This document shows, piece after piece, positions 63,773 through 64,000 of a stretch of 64,000 nucleotides of DNA. A program made the position numbers and the translations under genes. The stretch is from a virus: positions 1 through 64,000 of the IMG/VR virus record IMGVR_UViG_3300034196_000019, one strand, 5' to 3'. How positions within the stretch are numbered: the first letter of the stretch is position 1; every line of letters starts with the position of its first letter. The notes under the pieces were generated by a model that searched no databases, was not told where the DNA came from, and saw nothing but the letters and a program-made list of their open reading frames with translations.

Positions 63773-64000
63773 CTCTTACATGGGCTTCCTCTATCAAATC
63801 TCAGCTAGAATTGCTAGGCTTCCTGTTCCACAAGCGTCCTTGTGATAATTATTGGGAGCTTTGTCTTGACAATGAATGCGTTAGTGTAAATAAATCTCTT
63901 GGTGATCTTATTCGTAATTCAGCTAAGGAGCTTGGTGTATGAGCAATATTAGGAAATATACACGAGAAGAGTTTAACGAGCTGCACCTTTCAACCGGAGA

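Noticed and set aside
1-64000. Genome-wide amber (TAG) reassignment
   Set aside because: Many genes end in TAG directly before the next RBS (e.g. 12701, 18932, 19204, 52770), and no CUA-anticodon tRNA is present in the window.

Overview
This window is about 64 kb of an AT-rich, apparently lytic dsDNA tailed phage. Gene content and order resemble Felix O1 / PAK_P1-type myoviruses; a gammaproteobacterial host, possibly Pseudomonas, is an inference. No integrase, repressor, CRISPR array or reverse transcriptase was seen. From left to right: (-) the portal 5' end, a terminase large subunit split in its Walker A motif by a 252-nt ORF-less group I intron, a candidate small terminase, an SGNH esterase module, a Gly-zipper/coiled-coil module, a head-fibre gene, a structured RNA candidate with three tRNAs (Arg, Trp, Gly), and a minimal family-A polymerase-like gene. 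Then (+) 11.7-27.4 kb of small early-type genes with a dCMP deaminase, a Pif1/RecD-like helicase and two HNH endonucleases, followed by a 1.4-kb non-coding convergence zone with about 20 short hairpins, many sharing a GC-N3/4-GC apex. Then (-) 28.9-59.2 kb of accessory genes, nucleotide metabolism (nrdA, nrdB, glutaredoxin, thyX with an in-frame amber, MazG-like, HAD nucleotidase) and replication genes (5'-3' exonuclease, SSB, PolA, primase-helicase). Finally (+) a stand-alone fibre operon and more small genes. Product calls come from motifs read by eye, not database searches. At least eight genes carry nonsense codons or frameshifts, which may be real decay or assembly error.
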